Origin: Phaeosaccion multiseriatum
Taxonomy: Eukaryota; Protista; Ochrophyta, other classes
NCBI GenBank assembly: GCA_965112735.1
Contig: OZ218950.1
Coordinates: 806,001 to 870,000, forward strand
DNA: 64,000 nucleotides
Direction: 5' to 3'
Part shown: positions 27,553 to 41,941 of the stretch, piece after piece
How positions within the stretch are numbered: the first letter of the stretch is position 1
How the letters are laid out: the number at the start of each line of letters is the position of its first letter
Notes under the pieces: model-generated
What the model saw: the letters and a program-made list of their open reading frames with translations, nothing else
Databases searched by the model: none
Told to the model about the DNA's origin: nothing
Translations under genes and position numbers: made by a program

Positions 27553-30500
27553 ATGGCGGAATCCGAGGGCAAGGTTCCCATGGAGGAGGAGGAGCAGGCG
27601 GAAGTGCAAGAATCGGTGCGTGAAATGTTCAAAGGAGAAGAGACATTGAAGGGAGAGGAGGGGAGAGAAGGAGGGAGAGAAGGTGGAGTTCAATGCTGGC
27701 TCCTCGTTGAGAGCCGCATCAATAGCCTCTCTCTACTCGCTCTGCTTCTCTCTCGCCGTTGCCGGATTTGGGTTGTTGCGGCTGGTCTTCTCTCGACTCG
27801 GCTCTTTGACACATGATTTCGGCGACCCATCGGCGACCCAGGATGCTGTCGTGTGCCCTCCCGCTGTTCCCTCTGCAGCTGTGGCTGCTGCTCGCACAAG
27901 TAACATAGCTTCGCAAGTCACCTTCGCCATTGCTCACTCTGCCCCTCTCTCCTCCCCCCGCCTTGAACTCGCGTCTGCTGCTGTTCCTCCTCCTGTTGCT
28001 GTTGCTCCTCTCCGCTGCCACCTTGACGTGCCTCCGCTGCTGTTCCTCCTCCTGCTGCGGCCGTGATACTCCGTGTCTTGCGTGACGTCGTTTGTCTCTT
28101 GAGCAGAAGGAGGAGGTGACGGACCTGAGTGACTCAAATGTCGTGACCAAGTACCAGGAGGCGGCCAAGATTGCCAACCTGGCTCTGTCCGGAGTGATTG
28201 GCCAATGTCAGGCCGGAGCGCGAGTATTGGACTTGTGCAAGTTCGGAGATACTGTCATTACGGCACGTTGCGCTCAGATCTACCGCCAAAAGAAGGGGGG
28301 CAAGACCGTGGATAAGGGCATTGCGTTCCCCACGAGTGTGTCCGTCAACGAGTGCGTGTGCCACAACAATCCCCTGGAGTCCGAGGGAGACGCCAGTGTG
28401 AGTGCTCCTTCCTTTCTTTGCCCAGTTTGTCTGCGGTGCGCTTTGGCTTGGCTTGGCTCGACTTGCTGTATATTGCCCTTGTGACCCTCTGAGTGGGTTG
28501 GTTCAATCGTTGTAGCGTGAGTGGGTGGGGGGTGGGGGTAGCAAAGAGAGAGATGGGTTGAGGCTGAGGGCCAGCGGCAGCTGCTGCTGATGTCCCTAGG
28601 ATTGACCAACGACCTGGGGGGATATTCGCGGTTCCCAAGATTGGCTCCCCTCTTTGGAGGAGAGTCTCGGATTGGTGCCCATCCACTACCCCAGAAGATT
28701 GATTGTGACGCCCTTGGTGTTCTCGCGCTCACGGAGCGTTTGCAGAACCCAGGGCTGTTCGAGGTGTCGGGCGTGCGGTTTCTTGTGCTGTCCCCAGTCT
28801 TTCTTTGCAAGGGCCGATGCGGAACCACTGCTTGCTGCTCTTTTGCTGGCGTGTTTTGTCTTCTCGCGTCGAGACCCTCTGTTTCCATGGTCGATGGGGG
28901 GACAGCACAGCCGCCCCACCACACATTTACTTCCACTTGAAGTTGAAGTTATGTCCTGACTCGGTCATCAGAGTGTGCTTTGTTCACCAAGTGCCCTCGT
29001 TTCGTTCCTGCCTGCCTTCCTTCCTTCCCCCGTCTTCCTCCTTCCGTCCCTCCTTCCTTTCTTCTCTTCCTCCCCTCCTCCGGTCCCTTCCCCCCACCCC
29101 TCCTCCCCTACCTCCCCGCCTCTATCTTCATCCCTGCAGCCCCCACTAGCAGAAGGAGACCTGGTCAAGATCGACATGGGGTGCCATATCGACGGTTACA
29201 TTGCCATGGTGGCCCACACCGTCAAGGTCGGAAACCTCGAGCCCTCCAAAGACAACCCCATCTCCGGCAAGGAGGCGGACGTCCTTCTGGCCTGCCGCGA
29301 CTCCGCTGAGGTAGCAGCCAGGCTCATTAAGCCAGGCAATACCAACAAGCAGGTCACCGAGGCGGTGGCCAAGGTAGCCGAGGCCTATGGTGTGAATTTG
29401 GTGCAGGCGACCTCCATGCATCAGATGCGGAGGTTCGTGATGGAGGGATCCAAGACCATAGCGCTCAAGGAGGACATTGAGAACAAGGTGAGGAGAGAGA
29501 GGAGGAGTGGGGATAATGAGGGTACGGTATTCATGTTTTTCGTTGTCCTCTCTCCCCTTTTTTTGCTCTTTTTCTTAGGCTCATGCTCTGATGATGATGG
29601 TGATTATGATGATGTTGATTTTGCTGTTCCTCTCATTGTTTTGTTCTGGACATGTCTTGCGCGTGTAGGAATCCTGACGTATCACCAACTCCCACCCTTG
29701 CCCTTACCCCACCCCACCCCACAGGTCGACGAGGCAAAGTTCGAGGCTCATGAAGTATACGTGGTTGACGTGGCCGTGTCCAGTGGAGACGGAAAGTCCC
29801 GCGAGCAGGAGACGCGCACCACCGTCTTTAAGAGGACGGTTGACAAGACCTACCGACTCAAGTCCAAGGCGTCCCGAGACCTTGTTAATGTAACTACCTC
29901 CAAGTTCTCTGTCCTCCCCTTCTGTCTGAGGGCCATTGGCGACGAGAAGACGGTAAGATTGCATCATGGCGGTTGAGTTGGAGTGGGGTGGGGTGGGGTG
30001 GGGTGGGGTGGCTTCTGGAAGGTTGGGGGAGGGAGATGTGGGAGGCAGGACAGGCAGGTGGACAGGCAGACAGACTGGTAGGAAAACATGCCGGAAGGCG
30101 GACGGGCAGGAGGAAAGTGGACTCGCAGCCGACCGGGCAGGAGCGGGCAGGAGGAGTGTAGATTTGATGGCGGGCGTTTGTGTCCGCTTCGCGTAGAGCT
30201 GTTCAACACATCCTTTTTGTGTGGGGTAGATTCTTTCTGGTCCATGCTCTTCTTCACTCACCCCCCCCCCCCCCTTTTCTCTCTTCTGCCGCCCTCTCCT
30301 CTCGTCTCTTTGCCTCTCAAGGCTCGGATGGGTGTGGTGGAATGCCTCAAGCACGAGCTCTTGCACCCCTACCCTGTGCTCTACGAGCGACCAGGAGACG
30401 TTGTTGCCCACGTCAAGTTCACAGTGCTGGTAATGGCCTCGGGCACATCCAAGATTACCGGTGTGGAGATGTCGAGTGAGGGCTACACTTCAGAGAGCAA

Positions 30501-30603
30501 GGTGGACGAGGAGACTGCGGCCATTCTGGCGGAGGAGCTCGGTAGCAAGAAGAAGAAGAAGAAGGCCGCTGCTAAGGCTGCGGCGGCGGCTGCCACAGCG
30601 TAA
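27553..30603 (+). CDS. PA2G4: Proliferation-associated protein 2G4 / EBP1 (M24 peptidase fold), about 5 exons
   Basis: VVTKYQEAAKIAN, KGIAFPTSVSVN, GDLVKIDMGCHIDGYIA, YRLKSKASR, GVVECLKHELLHPYPVLYE and a C-terminal poly-Lys. Confidence 0.93.
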
Positions 30604-31836
30604 GGCAGCGAAGGAAGGAGGCGACACCAATGGAGGAGGGGAAGGGGGGGGTGGAGGAGGAGGAGCGGAGAGGAAGGGGAAAGGAGAGGAGAGGAGAGAG
30701 AGCAGAGAGAAGGCAAGGCATGGGGGGGAGGGGAGGGGAGCTGGAGAGCGAGCCCCCGTCCCTGCCTGTCTTGCCGCTGGCGTGGTGGAAGGGGATGAAT
30801 CAGTGCGCCCGACGGACCCTTTGCCGCTGTACAAAGGAGGAGCAAAGCACAAGCGCCACTACTGAGGCCAGTGGAGTAGTGGCGGGAGGGGTGGCTTCTT
30901 GGTGCGGCCGCTGCCTGCCTGGCATGTGTGTGACTGTTACCTGGCGTGTGTCGGGGTCTGTGTCACAGTCAAAGAGGCGCGGCGCCGGACCGCTCATACG
31001 GAAGAAGGAAGCGTCCTCCCTGTTGCGTGGGGGGTTCCTTGTGTCTGTCTGTCCGTGTGGCGAGAGTGGGATCACCCGGTCGGCTTGTTGCCGCTCTCTC
31101 TCGTTGTGCCGTCTGTCCCTCTTGCGCTCAACCGGGCGAAGATTGGGTTTTTCGTGTTCTTGCTTTGACGGCCCAAGTGGTTCGTAGACGAGGCAGAAGG
31201 GCAGAGGTAAACAGCTAAACAGACAGAGGCAGAGGTTAACGAACGTGCTAATTGAGTGGTTTATGCATCAACGAGAACGTGTCATGAAGAGAGGCTCGAG
31301 TCATGCCCAAAGGAAAAGGGATTCAAAGGGTTGATTATTAGGTTTTATACGAGGGTTAGGGGACCTCTTCCAACAGGTCTCAATCTCTTTGGGTGTGCGC
31401 TGGGCCTCATGAGAGCCCGGTGACCGAATCAGTGACTGCGTTCCTGAGATGCATTGCCCCACCCTCTCTGGCCCCTCTGTCTGTGTCAGCACCCACAATG
31501 AGAGCTGTGCTGTTGACCATCCCACGCCGTGCGTGTGTGTGTTTGTAAGTCGTCCGCGCGCCGCCTGTCTTCGCCAAGCAGCCTGCGCTCTTCTCACCTC
31601 GCCATGGCCCGGGTCTACCCTATAGCCCAAGACTCACTGACAGCATTTGAAGCCATATCCCATATCCCATATCCCACACGGGAGGGGGGTTGTGCACCGT
31701 GGGCAAGCTTCCTTCTCTGAACAGACACAGAAGGCTGGGCAACAGGAGATGCACACCCGTCGTTTGCTCTTTCCGCAGCGGCAGTAGCAGTAGCAGCGGC
31801 CAGTTGAAAAACTGGGTAACACTGCGCGTCGTATCC

Positions 31837-32286
31837 TCAGGGACGCTCTCTGAAAACTGCATCCAAATTCACCTTCTTCCTCTTTGCTAACCACTCCTCC
31901 CTCCAATCCTCGTCCTCTCCTTCCTCGTCGAAGTAACCCGGCGTATAGTACTCCCCCTCAGTCTCTGCAGAAATGACATAGACCTCCTGCGGCCCCTGTG
32001 CAGCAGCAGCAGCCAGCTCCGCCTCCTTTTCCCTCAGTGCCTCCTCCGCCCGCACCTTGTCTCCTCTCTTTTTTAATTCTCGGCGCACCTTCCAGCTGGT
32101 CGTCGGCATACCCTTGAAGTGGAACCCGCCCTGGCAGACGGCACTAACGTGTATTGTTCTTCGCCCTCTCGCCCTGCTTGTGTGTGCCGTGGCTGCTGCC
32201 GCTGCCTCTCTCTTCCAAGGTGCTGCCAACGATCCCGACAAGCAGCGCAAGCACTTTGACGCACTTGAAGCGGCCACCGCGGCCAT
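31837..32286 (-). CDS. Hypothetical 149-aa protein with a mitochondrial-type presequence
   Basis: ATG-initiated single ORF with an Ala/Ser/Arg-rich N-terminus and a charged C-terminal half; no recognised domain. Confidence 0.5.
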   Translation of the reverse strand: MAAVAASSASKCLRCLSGSLAAPWKREAAAAATAHTSRARGRRTIHVSAVCQGGFHFKGMPTTSWKVRRELKKRGDKVRAEEALREKEAELAAAAAQGPQEVYVISAETEGEYYTPGYFDEEGEDEDWREEWLAKRKKVNLDAVFRERP

Positions 32287-32557
32287 TGTTGGCGAGAACC
32301 TGCTGCTCCTGCTGCTGCTGCTATGCTATTTTTGTTTGTTACAATGTAGGTCTCTCGCTGAGAAAAAGTACGAGTTTCCGTTTCGAATACTTCGACATCG
32401 ACATCGCGTATCGAGAAGGGGGATCGAAGGGGAGGATAAATGGTGGTAAATAAATTTTGCTTTGTTTGGCTCTTATCGCCTGCCCCTGCCCTGCTATGGG
32501 TGTTGCTCACCTATTACCTCAGCCCCCCCCCTATGCCTTCTCTTCAGTCGCCTAGAA

Positions 32558-33772
32558 CTACCCTTCTCTATTCGTAAAGACGAACAGACCCATGACCCCC
32601 ACTAAAGCATACTTCATGAGCGGATAGTCGTTGAGCAGAATGGTCACCATGCCCACGTATCTTAGCACTCCCTTGGCTCTCCCTAACACATCATCTCTCT
32701 CCAGCCACAGCTGACCCGGCACGTACAGGCCTCTATCGTTTACTTTGTTGTTATCTCCCTTTGTCAGCAGCGACACGTTACCCTCCGGGCTGTGGAGCAA
32801 CAGCAGCGGTGCCAGGCGAGACGAGGCGAGGGAGAGGCGGGGGAGGGAGGGAGGAGGGAGGGAGGGAGGGCAGGTCGCGGAATTTGTGGGTGTGGATAGA
32901 AAGGACACGTGGCGATAGTGCCGGAGAGGAGAGGGAGAGGAGGGGAAAGGGACAAGCGAAACGGAAGGGTCAGGGCGTGGAGACGACGAGGGAAAAGAGA
33001 AAAAGAGAAGAGACCTGGCTCGACACATCCTGCTTGCTCCCGCCCACTCTCTCTCTCACGCTCGCGCGCTCCCCCCCCCGCCCCGTCTCCTTCTCGATCC
33101 CTTTCGCTCTGTCTCTCTCTCCCTCTCCCACCCTCAAGCGCCCCCCCGCTCCGAAACAACGAAAGGGTGTTTCCCTCCCTCCGACACGGACTACACTTAC
33201 TCTTCGTGGACCTTCATGACACGATGCACAATGGGAATGTCCCTGTCCTTGATCTTAAAGACGACCACCTCCCCCACTCTGATGGGGTCGTTATGGTTGT
33301 TGAGGAAGAGGATGTCCCCTCGCTGGAAAGCCGGCTCCATGGATCCACTGGTGTTGTATTAAACGGGGAAGCAAGAACTAACAATCAATTTGGGCCCGCA
33401 GGATGATCATTAATGTGGAGCGGACATGTGAGATCAGCTTGATTCGACTAGTAGGGGCAGAGTGATCCTTGCCTACCACGAGCTATGGTTCTCCCTGACT
33501 CTTGAGTCCCCCAACACTATAGTCTGTGGATCAGTATGGGCAACCTCCCTCAATCCCTCTCGTTTGTCTCACTCGACTCACCTCAGCACTACAACGACAG
33601 GGCTCTCTGACTTGGTGATCACCATCAGCGACTTCCAAATCATCAGAGCGGAGAGCACAATCATGGCCAGGTTGAGGCCTTGGAAGGCGAGCTGCCTCTT
33701 ATTTCTCCACAGCTTCTTCACCTCCTGTACCTGGCTGTACACCATCTCCTTCAAATAGTCGGATGCCGTCAT
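32558..33772 (-). CDS. SEC11: Signal peptidase complex catalytic subunit, 3 exons
   Basis: [18 protein letters not shown]|[51 protein letters not shown]. Confidence 0.95.
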
Positions 33773-34290
33773 GGTGAAGGCCCTAACGACGAGCAACCCC
33801 CGCTACTCGGAAGCCTCGCTTCTTCCCTATTCTCCTCTACCTTGCGCACTCTTCCCTTGCGCGGCCGTGGCGACAGCGACACACACACACACACACACAC
33901 TCTCTCTCTCTCTCTCTCTCTCTCGCCTTCCTCTTCTCCTGTGTGTACAACAGTCTCGATCTTCCAGAGATATTGGGGATGATCTGCAGAGTATGTCGTT
34001 CCTCACCACACTTCTCGCTTCTCCGTTCCCGTCCGCCTTTCCCCACCACAACAGCTGGTGTTTCGCCTGCCTGTTTTATTCCTTCGTCCCTCTTCTAATA
34101 AATAGGCGCCTCTATTCTCTTCACGAGCCATTACGTGAAACTCGCATTAAAATCCAGGGGGTTTTCATGGTGGGCAGAGAGGGGACTCAAAAGAGAGGTG
34201 GTTAGTGGAGCCAAGACGGCTGGACGCCTTCTTCCTTACCGAGGAGAGTAGTGTGTCCAAGGTGTGTCTGGTGAGCGGCGGGGGTTTTGG

Positions 34291-37200
34291 ATGGCGGAGT
34301 TTTCGAGTAAGGGCTTGAGAGGCTTGGAGGAGCCGAAAGACTTTCAAAGTCCCATGGAGGGGCAAGCGAAGAAAACTGGCGAGGAAGGACGGCAGGCGGA
34401 GCAGCAGCTGCTGCTTCCAACGCGTCTGACGACGGCCTACTCCCTCAGTAGCGGAGGCAGACGGCAGCGAAGTAACTGCAAAACCGCGGCAGCTGCGGTC
34501 ACGTTAATGATGGCTGTTGCAGTGGGCGGCACCAAGAGTAGCGGCAGCAGAGGCAGCAGCGGCACCAGTAGCAGTAGCAGTAAAGGCGTTGCGGCCTTTC
34601 AGCTCAACCCCCCCTTTCAGAGTGAATGCGCTACTGCGACTGCTGCTGCGGCTGCTGCAAAGAGGCGCATGAGCACCACTCGCAGTAGGAGCCGAAGGAG
34701 TAGGAGCAGCATGAGTGGCAACACCAGCAGCACCAGGGCGTCGGCTTGCCTGCGGGCGAGAGACTGCGACCCAGTAGCAGCAGCAGGGCGCGGGGACAGT
34801 GGCAGCAGTATCAGCCAGGCTCGGGACTGTCCCTGCCGGACTTGCTGTGGCGATCGGGCAAGGTGGGGGACGAACACCCCTCCTGCCTTGGGGTGGCTGG
34901 GAGGTGACACCCCTAGAGCCCCCCGAGGGTGTCTAGTGGCGAGGAGGGGGAAGGCTTCTTCCACCATCGCACCTCAAGAGGCCGAGGCGAGCGGGGGAGT
35001 AGCCGACGCACAAACCACAAGCACCAGCAGCAGCGCCAGCGGCGGCAGCAGCGCCGCTGTGAACCCGAGCCAGATCGTTGTGAACGGGGTTAGTGGCGGT
35101 GGTGGTGCCGGTTCTGCCGTCACCTCCAACAGTAGTGGTGGTGGGAAGAGCAGAACGGCTTTGCTGGCGGCTCTGGGGGCAGAAGAAGACAGTTTAGGAA
35201 CCCTCTTGCTGACTCCGGGGGAGATCCTTGTCACCCCGGGGGAGGTGTCTCAGGAGAAGCTTGTGGGAGATATTGTGACGAGCGTTTTAGAAGGAGGTGG
35301 CGGCTCGCGACGGCGGAAAGTGAAATTAACGTGAGTCGTCGTGAATTGTCGTCCGAGCCTTGTGGTCGGTTGGTTGGTTGGGTAGGTGGGTGGGTGGTTG
35401 ATTGTTTGGTTTCTTGGCTGGGTGGTTATGGTAGTGCATGTAGTATTCATGCAGTGCGTGCGAATGTTTGCGTGTTTGCGTGAAAAAAGACGAAATTCGT
35501 GTGCCTAAATTCTTTTTCGCATCTTTTACTTATCGAGCAGGATCTTGTATTTATCGAGCAGCGTGTTCCATCATGTCGCTAACCATCCGCTTCCTCCTGG
35601 GACCCCTGTCTGCCCCATTCCACCTCACCTCACCTCACCTCACCTCACCTCACCGTGATACTCTTTCTTGACCCGACTCACTCCCAGCGACGAGATGAGG
35701 CTAATAAATGTTATCAATGGCGTGGGTCAGCATCCCAAGGCTTGGGAAGAAGTCTTTGCGGCCCTTGAGGACGGGTATAGCAGAGGTGTTAACATGACCG
35801 TGCAGGTCTACAGAGCCGCCATGGCAAAGCTGTCCTCACCGACGCAACCGGAGAACGCGATGGCCCTTCTCAAGCTCTTTGACGACATGCGCAGGGGAAG
35901 GAGGGGGGACGGGGAGGAGGTAGCAGGGGCAAAGATTATTAACGGGGCAGGAGTAGTAGCAGAAGGAGGAGGAGGAGGAGGAGAAGGTGGAAGCAAGAAG
36001 GAGGAGGGCTCCTCGAAGCAAGGAGAAGGGCAAGGGCCAGGAGTGCCCAAACCCGACAAGTTCTGTTACCACAGAGCCATCGATGCGCACTTAGTTTTGC
36101 AGCAGCGGGCCGAGGCAGTGGAACTGCTCCTGGAGATGCGAGACAAGCGGTGGTTTCCGAGTTCAGAGACGCCGTATGTGGCGGTGTTGAAGGCGTGCGC
36201 AGGGGACTCGGAAGAGCTCAAAGCGTTGAGAGCAAAGGTGCGTGCGTGTGTAGTGTGTGGTGTGGTGTGGAGTGGAAGGACTGAGTGGAGGAGAAGACGG
36301 GCGTGGCGTGGGTGGAAAGGGGTCTGAAGGGAGAGTATCCTGCGTTGTCCTTTCCGCGGCAGCTGCTGCTCCTGCTGGGACGTCGATTGTGCATCTTTCT
36401 GTTCATATCGTCTTGATGCTCAAAGACAGGGGCAAACGAAAGGAGGAAGGAAGAGAGGAGGTCACTGGTTTGGTTTCGCTCTTCTCTGTCGACTCTGTGT
36501 GTTGGGTCTCGGGGGGCGTCTCCCTCTGCGGGAGGGGGGGTGCGGTTGTCCCTCTGACTGCCTCCGCTTGAAACAGCTATGCGATGAGGCCTTTTCCAAG
36601 CTGGACCAGAGCAGGGGCGTGGGCATGCCTTCGCTGTCGGGTGCCTCGCCATGATCTATTCCCATCACTCAACACCCAATCCGACTAATTCCACCCCCCA
36701 ACTTCACCCCCCTCCCCTCCCCCCTTACCCGTGCGGCTGTGTGTTTTCCGGTCTCTGCGTGTCCCTCTCCCGTCCGTGCAGACCTTTGGCAGCTTGGGGG
36801 GCTGCGCCCTAGATACAGAAGAGAGCATTGGGGTGTGTACCGAGGTGTTGCAAGTCATGACAGAACAGTGCCTCGCAGGACAGGGCATAGACAATGGAGG
36901 GTCAAAAGCTATAGGTGAGTGAGTGTGTCGGTCTTTTGATGGACTGAAGGTCTGCGAAACTGAAACCGGAAAAGAGTTGCATTGATTAGAAGTGCCATCC
37001 CTTGTGTATGCATCGACGGCTTGTGCTTCGCGGGGGATTTTTCGCTTCTTGTAGACGGAGGGGGAAGCCTCCCTTCGTCTGCTGATGAACCGACAAATCG
37101 ACCAAACCAACCCCATCACTCGAGCCCCGCCCCCCCTCCTTAACTCCTCCCTTTCCCCTCTCAGAGCTGATCCGCGCCATGCAACGGCAAGAGGTGTGGC

Positions 37201-37755
37201 CCAATACCAAGTGCTTCAACTCAGTCGTGTCCATGAAGCGCAAGGAGGGGCGGTGGGAGGAGTCTCATGACATTGTCCAGGAGATGCGAGGAGAAGTGTC
37301 CAGGGAGAGGGGCAGCGTGCCTAACCAACGCTCTTATGCGGAGGTCATCTTTGGGTGCCTGGAGGCTAAAGGGGATATCAGGATGGCGCTCGGTGCGTGT
37401 GTGCGTGCATGTGTGTGTGCGTGTGTGCGTACATGTGTGTGTGCGTGTGTGCGTGCGTGCGTGCGTGTGGTTGTTGTTTTTGTCGTTGCTGTTGTGATTG
37501 ATGCTGAGAGACCCCCCCCCCATTGCGCCGCGCTGCCTCTGGAGTAAGTGACTGAGTCTGCTCTCTCGCTTCTCCTCCCGTCCCAGGAATGCACCGCCAG
37601 ATGAAGCAGGACATGCCCCTCTTCACCAACTCCTTCGAGATGACCAACATCTACCTCAAGCTTATAGACGCCTGCTACCAGGCATGTGTATGTAACGTAC
37701 TTTCTTCAAGTGGGGGGGGATGTTTATGGGGTGTGTGTGTGTGTTTGCGGGCTGC

Positions 37756-37787
<32 letters not shown>

Positions 37788-40700
37788 TTGCATGCGATGT
37801 CCTCATCTTTGCGTACGTGCATGCATGCATCCCCTCCCCCCTCCCATCCCCTCACCTCCCCTCACCTCGACAGGACCGGCGGCTGTGGAAGGCCGCTGTG
37901 GAGCTCTTCAACGCCATGCGCAAGGAGGGCCTGCAGCCCACTTACCATATCTACGGGACCGTCGTACACATTTTGACCCGGGGGGGCGAGGGGCAGAACT
38001 GGGAAGCCGTGTACAATATTTTCCAAGAGGCCAAGAGAACGGGGAGGTACGTGCGTTACGTGGGTGCACGGTGCTCCTGCCGCTGCTGGATCAGCAACCA
38101 CTGCTTACCGCTGCCGCCACGTACTCACTGATTCACTTTGCCGTCGCTGTGTCACCAAGAACTGTTGATGCTGTACCGCCCCTCACCCATGGTGCCATCC
38201 CGTCGCTGTGTATCACCAACTGCTGCAGGAGGCTGAACCGCACGTCCGCCCTGGTGGCTGTGTTCTGCATGGGCAAGGCCGGGCAGCTCGAGAAGGCCAT
38301 CGAGATCTTTAGAGATATGCCCAACGCTGGCGTCGTCTATGACGTACGTCGCTTACATCACTTGTATCACCAACTTTTGTGCTGTGGCGTTATTGTACTG
38401 TGTGGTTTTATGCTCTTTGCGTTCTCTCTCTCTCTTCCACAACAAGAAAACCTCTCCAACCACCCACTACTCTTGTCCTCCGCCCCCTTTCCCTCAACCC
38501 CCCCCCCCCCTGTCATATTGTTATCCCTCTTGACAGATCCAATGCTGGAACGACGTCATTGAAGCATGCTCCCGCAGCAAGGACTGGCGGACAGCAATGG
38601 AGTTCCTCAAAGAAATGGAACGGTCGGGAATCGTTCCCAACGGACTCACCTACCACCGTATCGTCAAGGCATGTGCGAGGGATGGGGAGTGGCAGCGGGC
38701 ATTGGCGCTCATTGCGTTGATGAAGAAGAAGGGGATTGAGGTGCAAACAGCGGACTTTAACGCGGCCATGCTGTCGCTGTGTAAGGCGAAGAAGGAGCAG
38801 CAGGTGACTGCGATTTTGGAGAATCTGTGCAAGGTTCAAGAGCCACCACCAAGTGAGTAGTCGTGAGGAGGAGGAGGAGGAGGAGGAGGCGGAAGGACTG
38901 TGGGAAAGAAAGAAGTGTATATGTGTGTATGTATTGAAGCAGCAAGTTCCAAAGGAAGGGGGGCGGTTATTTGTTCCGCTCTTTCTTTGATTCTTCCTTG
39001 ATGCAGTGCACGTGGTTGGGTTGCGGTCGCGATGGGCCTCCCCTCCCTTCCCCTCCCCTCTCCTCCTTGGCGACACACACACCAACTCACCTCTTTGTCC
39101 TTGCATCCCTTCCCCTCCCTCTCTCCCTCCCTGCCTCCCCTCCCCTCCCTCACTCACTCCCTCCCTCCCTCCCATGCCCTGCATCACAGATGCACACTCC
39201 TTCCAGATCGCCATGGTGGCGTGTCAGTACAAAGAGGACGTCAACCCTTTCTACCAGGCGAGGCTGCTCTTCGATAGGATGAAGTCGCTCGGCCTCACCC
39301 CCAGAGTGTCTGCCTACTGCGCGCTCATGTCCAATGCCAGGTGAGTTTCAGTGTCTTCCCATTTCAGTTTCAGTTTCAGTTTAGATGGTACCAGCCAAGG
39401 ACTGTCCATTATGGCGTGTCATTCTTCTCACTCCCTCCCTGCTTGCTTTCTCGATGCTCGTATCTGACAGCCCCCCCCCCGCCCTGCCCTTCCTCCCTCC
39501 CCTCCCTGCATCCATCTCTTCCCTCCCGTCTGGACTTGCCTCTTCTCTGTCCCTCTCTGTACCTCTTTGTGTCTATCCCCATCTCTGTTTCTGTGTGTCT
39601 GTGCCTTGCCGTTACAGACTGGCCGGAGAACCCCCCGAGACGGTGCTCGGGATTCTCGAAGAGATGAAGTCCGACGGCGTAGAGCCGAACGAATACGTAA
39701 GTCGTCCCCGATACTCGAATACCCGTATTCCTCTCTATCCCGGCTCTTGCTTCTTCTGGGGCAGCAAGGGACAGACTGCTGTTGTCACAGTTTGATAAAC
39801 GGACGTTTCCCCTTGTTACGAACGATATCAGCGCGTTGTACTGCAGGTGTCTCCCTTCCTCTCTCCTTAATTCATCTCTTGTTTCTCATCTCATCCTCCT
39901 GCTGCTGTTGCTGTTGCTTCTTGTACAGATTTACTCGACGATCATCGCGACTTGTGCGAACAACCAACGCCTGGACTTGGTGGACGAGATGCTGTACAAC
40001 ATGAAGGTGGAAGGGTAAGTTGGGGGGGGGGGAGGGAGGGAGGGAGGGGTTTAAGTGAGGGAGAAAGGAGCTGAGAGGCTCCTTTCCGTGGTAGGGGGTC
40101 ACGTGTGTGTCGAGAAGACGGATGGAAGGAAGGATGGAAGGTGAAGCCTCTGCGTTGCCGGAGCACGGAACGGCTGGAATGGGTTAAAGGATCCGGGAAG
40201 GGTCCGGCTGGAGAGAAGTAAGGGCATCAAGTGCCTCTACACTCACTGACAAGGTTCTGTTGTCTCTCTCCCACGTCTCATCTCTCTCTCCCCCCCTCCC
40301 TCCTCTCCTTACGTTTTATCTCTCTCCCTCCCACCCCCCTCTCGCTCTACGTACTCGCGATCACTGCAGAGTGCCTCACAACGTGGTGACGTACACTTCG
40401 TGCATGCTTGCGGCAAAGAGGAGCAACGATCTCGGCAGGTGAGTGCGTGAGTGCGTGAGTGTGTGAATGCATGAGTGTGTGGGTGTGTGCGCTGAGTAGG
40501 AGGAGGGGAAGGGATGGGAGAGAGCGGAGGGATGTGCCGATCATCTTGCGCTGTCTTTGGCTTCCTCTTGTCGTAAGTCTTTTGATGTCAACATCATCAT
40601 TCCCCATACATACACACACTCACACACACACGCATGACTGCTGCTTGCTGTAGACTGATGCTCCCTTCGTTATTTGCAATACCCTCCTCACTCTCTAACA

Positions 40701-41941
40701 TGCTGATGCCTGATGGGTATGACTTCTGTGTATGTGTATGCGTGTGTATTATACTCAGGACCACGGAGTTCTGGCACGACATGAAGGCAATGGGCATCTC
40801 ACCGGACGCCAAGGCCTACGGAACGCTCATCAGCGCCTACCGCACGCCGGGGAGGCACGACAAAGCCATGGCCAAGCTTAAGGAGATGACGGTGAGTGAG
40901 TGAGTGAGAGAGGGTGTAAGTGCGTGAGTGGACGAGGGAGTGCGTGCGTGCGTGCGTGAGTGGGTGAGAGAGTGCGTGAGTCCGTGAGTGCGCGAGTGAG
41001 TGAGTGTAGAGGCGGGGGAGGTGAGGAGAATGGATGGCGAGAGAAAGGAAGGGGAGGGCAGACACCCACTACGTATGCGCTGAGGAACAACGTGGCTCAT
41101 TTTAAGCTTCACCTCCCTCCCACCGACTGCTCTCCTGTATCTCCTTCCACTCGTGTGTGTGTGTGTGTGTGCGCGTGAGCAGGAGGCCGGCATCCCCCCG
41201 AACCTTGTGGTGTACACGAGCGCCATGTCCGCCTGTGAGTTCTCCGGCGAGTACGATGTGGGCATGACGTTGTTCGAGGAGATGCTGCAGGCTGGCATCG
41301 CGGCGGACGAGCAGGCCTTGGGGTGAGTGTGGAAGGAGAGCAGAGGGCAAGGGATAGTGCAGGCAGGCCGGAAAGGCGGCAGCAGCGGCAGCAGCTGTTG
41401 GTGATTCAGCTGTAGTTTGTGTTTTGTGTGGGTTGTACTGAGCGTTGTGGAGGGGGGCTTGGGCACAGAGAGAAAGACTCTTTACCCCTTTCTCCATTCA
41501 CCCCCTCCATCCCCAAGGGAGTCCTCCGAGCCCTAGTGTGGAGATCAGACAATCTGTCTTCAGTATCATCCAAGCGCCCTACTCCGTACAAGGCACTCTC
41601 CCTGCTCCCCTCCCATCCGTCCCCTTCATTGACTTCCCTCTTTGCTTCGCTTCACTTGACTTAACCCACCCCAACACCTCATGGCTACCATCGTGCAATC
41701 GCTCTAATCAACTCACACACCCCGCCTGTGCCCCAATGCTCCCATCACATCACATCACATCACATCACACACCAATGACATGACATGACACACCAGGGTG
41801 GCTGTCAACATTTGCAACTACGCCGGATGGTATGATGACGTGGACCGGCTCATGGGGGAGCTGACTGCCCTGCAGCAGCAGAGGGGCGTCGACCCCTACC
41901 AGCCGCACCAGCCTACCCCACCTCACCAGCCCTACTCATGA
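34291..41941 (+). CDS. Pentatricopeptide-repeat (PPR) protein, many exons, probably organelle-targeted
   Basis: Repeated ~35-aa motifs: PDKFCYHRAIDA, PNTKCFNSVV, AVELFNAMRKEGLQPTYHIYGTVV, MERSGIVPNGLTYHRIVKAC, MKAMGISPDAKAYGTLISAY and GIPPNLVVYTSAMSAC. The start codon is uncertain. Confidence 0.88.
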
